Origin: an uncultured delta proteobacterium
Lineage (GTDB): Bacteria > Desulfobacterota > Binatia > Binatales > Binataceae
Reading direction: 5' to 3'
Length of the DNA stretch: 64,000 nt
Assembly: GCA_963724765.1 (NCBI GenBank)
Contig: CAVRVY010000004.1
Location: 256,001-320,000 of the forward strand
The position numbers and the translations under genes are program-made. Positions 63,760-64,000 of the stretch are shown here, in pieces (the stretch's first letter is position 1; each line of letters opens with the position of its first letter). The notes below the pieces were generated by a model. The model did no database searches and was not told the DNA's origin. It saw nothing but the letters and a program-made list of their open reading frames with translations.

Positions 63760-64000
63760 ATGCTTGCGTCGGTGAACGCCGAATCGCCGCCGCCGCGATC
63801 GAGAAGGGCGAACAAGGCCGCCGACCTCGCCGCCGCGCGAAGCCATCGCGCGGCGCGGCCCAAGGTCGCCGTCGATACCGTGGTGTTCGCGGTCGAGGGC
63901 GGCCGGCTCAGGACCTATCTCGTGCAGTTGCGCCGCGGCGCGGTGCGTGGGCGATGGGCCTTTGCCGGCGGCCTGGTGCGGATGGGCGAAATGCTCGACG
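63760..64000 (+). CDS. NrtR-like NUDIX-domain protein (3' truncated by window edge)
   Basis: My translation PKVAVDTVVFAVEGGRLRTYLVQLRRGAVRGRWAFAGGLVRMGEMLD matches the NrtR/NUDIX N-terminus; absent from the ORF track because no stop is in the window. Confidence 0.7.
   Translation, partial: MLASVNAESPPPRSRRANKAADLAAARSHRAARPKVAVDTVVFAVEGGRLRTYLVQLRRGAVRGRWAFAGGLVRMGEMLD

Overview
High-GC bacterial chromosomal window. The gene repertoire (DUF1329, F420-type LLM enzyme, two CaiB/BaiF CoA-transferases, rpmE-prfA-prmC-murA-his order) tentatively suggests a Binatota/Deltaproteobacteria-like organism; that assignment is inference only. Housekeeping genes are rpmE, prfA, prmC, murA, hisD, hisB, hisA, sppA, a DD-carboxypeptidase, a DegP/DegQ-type protease and nadA, interspersed with accessory DNA. 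I recognised no rRNA, tRNA, CRISPR array, transposase or recombinase. Most notable: (1) a membrane Ser/Thr kinase (30198-31862) with the WNK-type catalytic-lysine swap (Lys in the Gly-rich loop, Ala at the beta3 Lys position), encoded with a double-FHA membrane protein, a zinc-ribbon membrane protein and a PHP phosphoesterase; (2) a ~2.4 kb tadG-tadE-tadE cassette present twice in inverted orientation ~38 kb apart, near-identical at both ends but with a diverged TadG body, an architecture able to switch alleles by inversion or conversion; (3) an aldolase coupled to a PfkB-kinase/KdsD-like SIS fusion that would make a complete KDO-type catabolic route; (4) a MetE-like Zn barrel fused to a SAM methyltransferase, lying between nadA (with an NrtR-type box) and an nrtR-like gene; (5) two REP-like repeat families, one copy of which sits in-frame inside prmC. 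All family calls come from motif recognition by eye, not from database searches.
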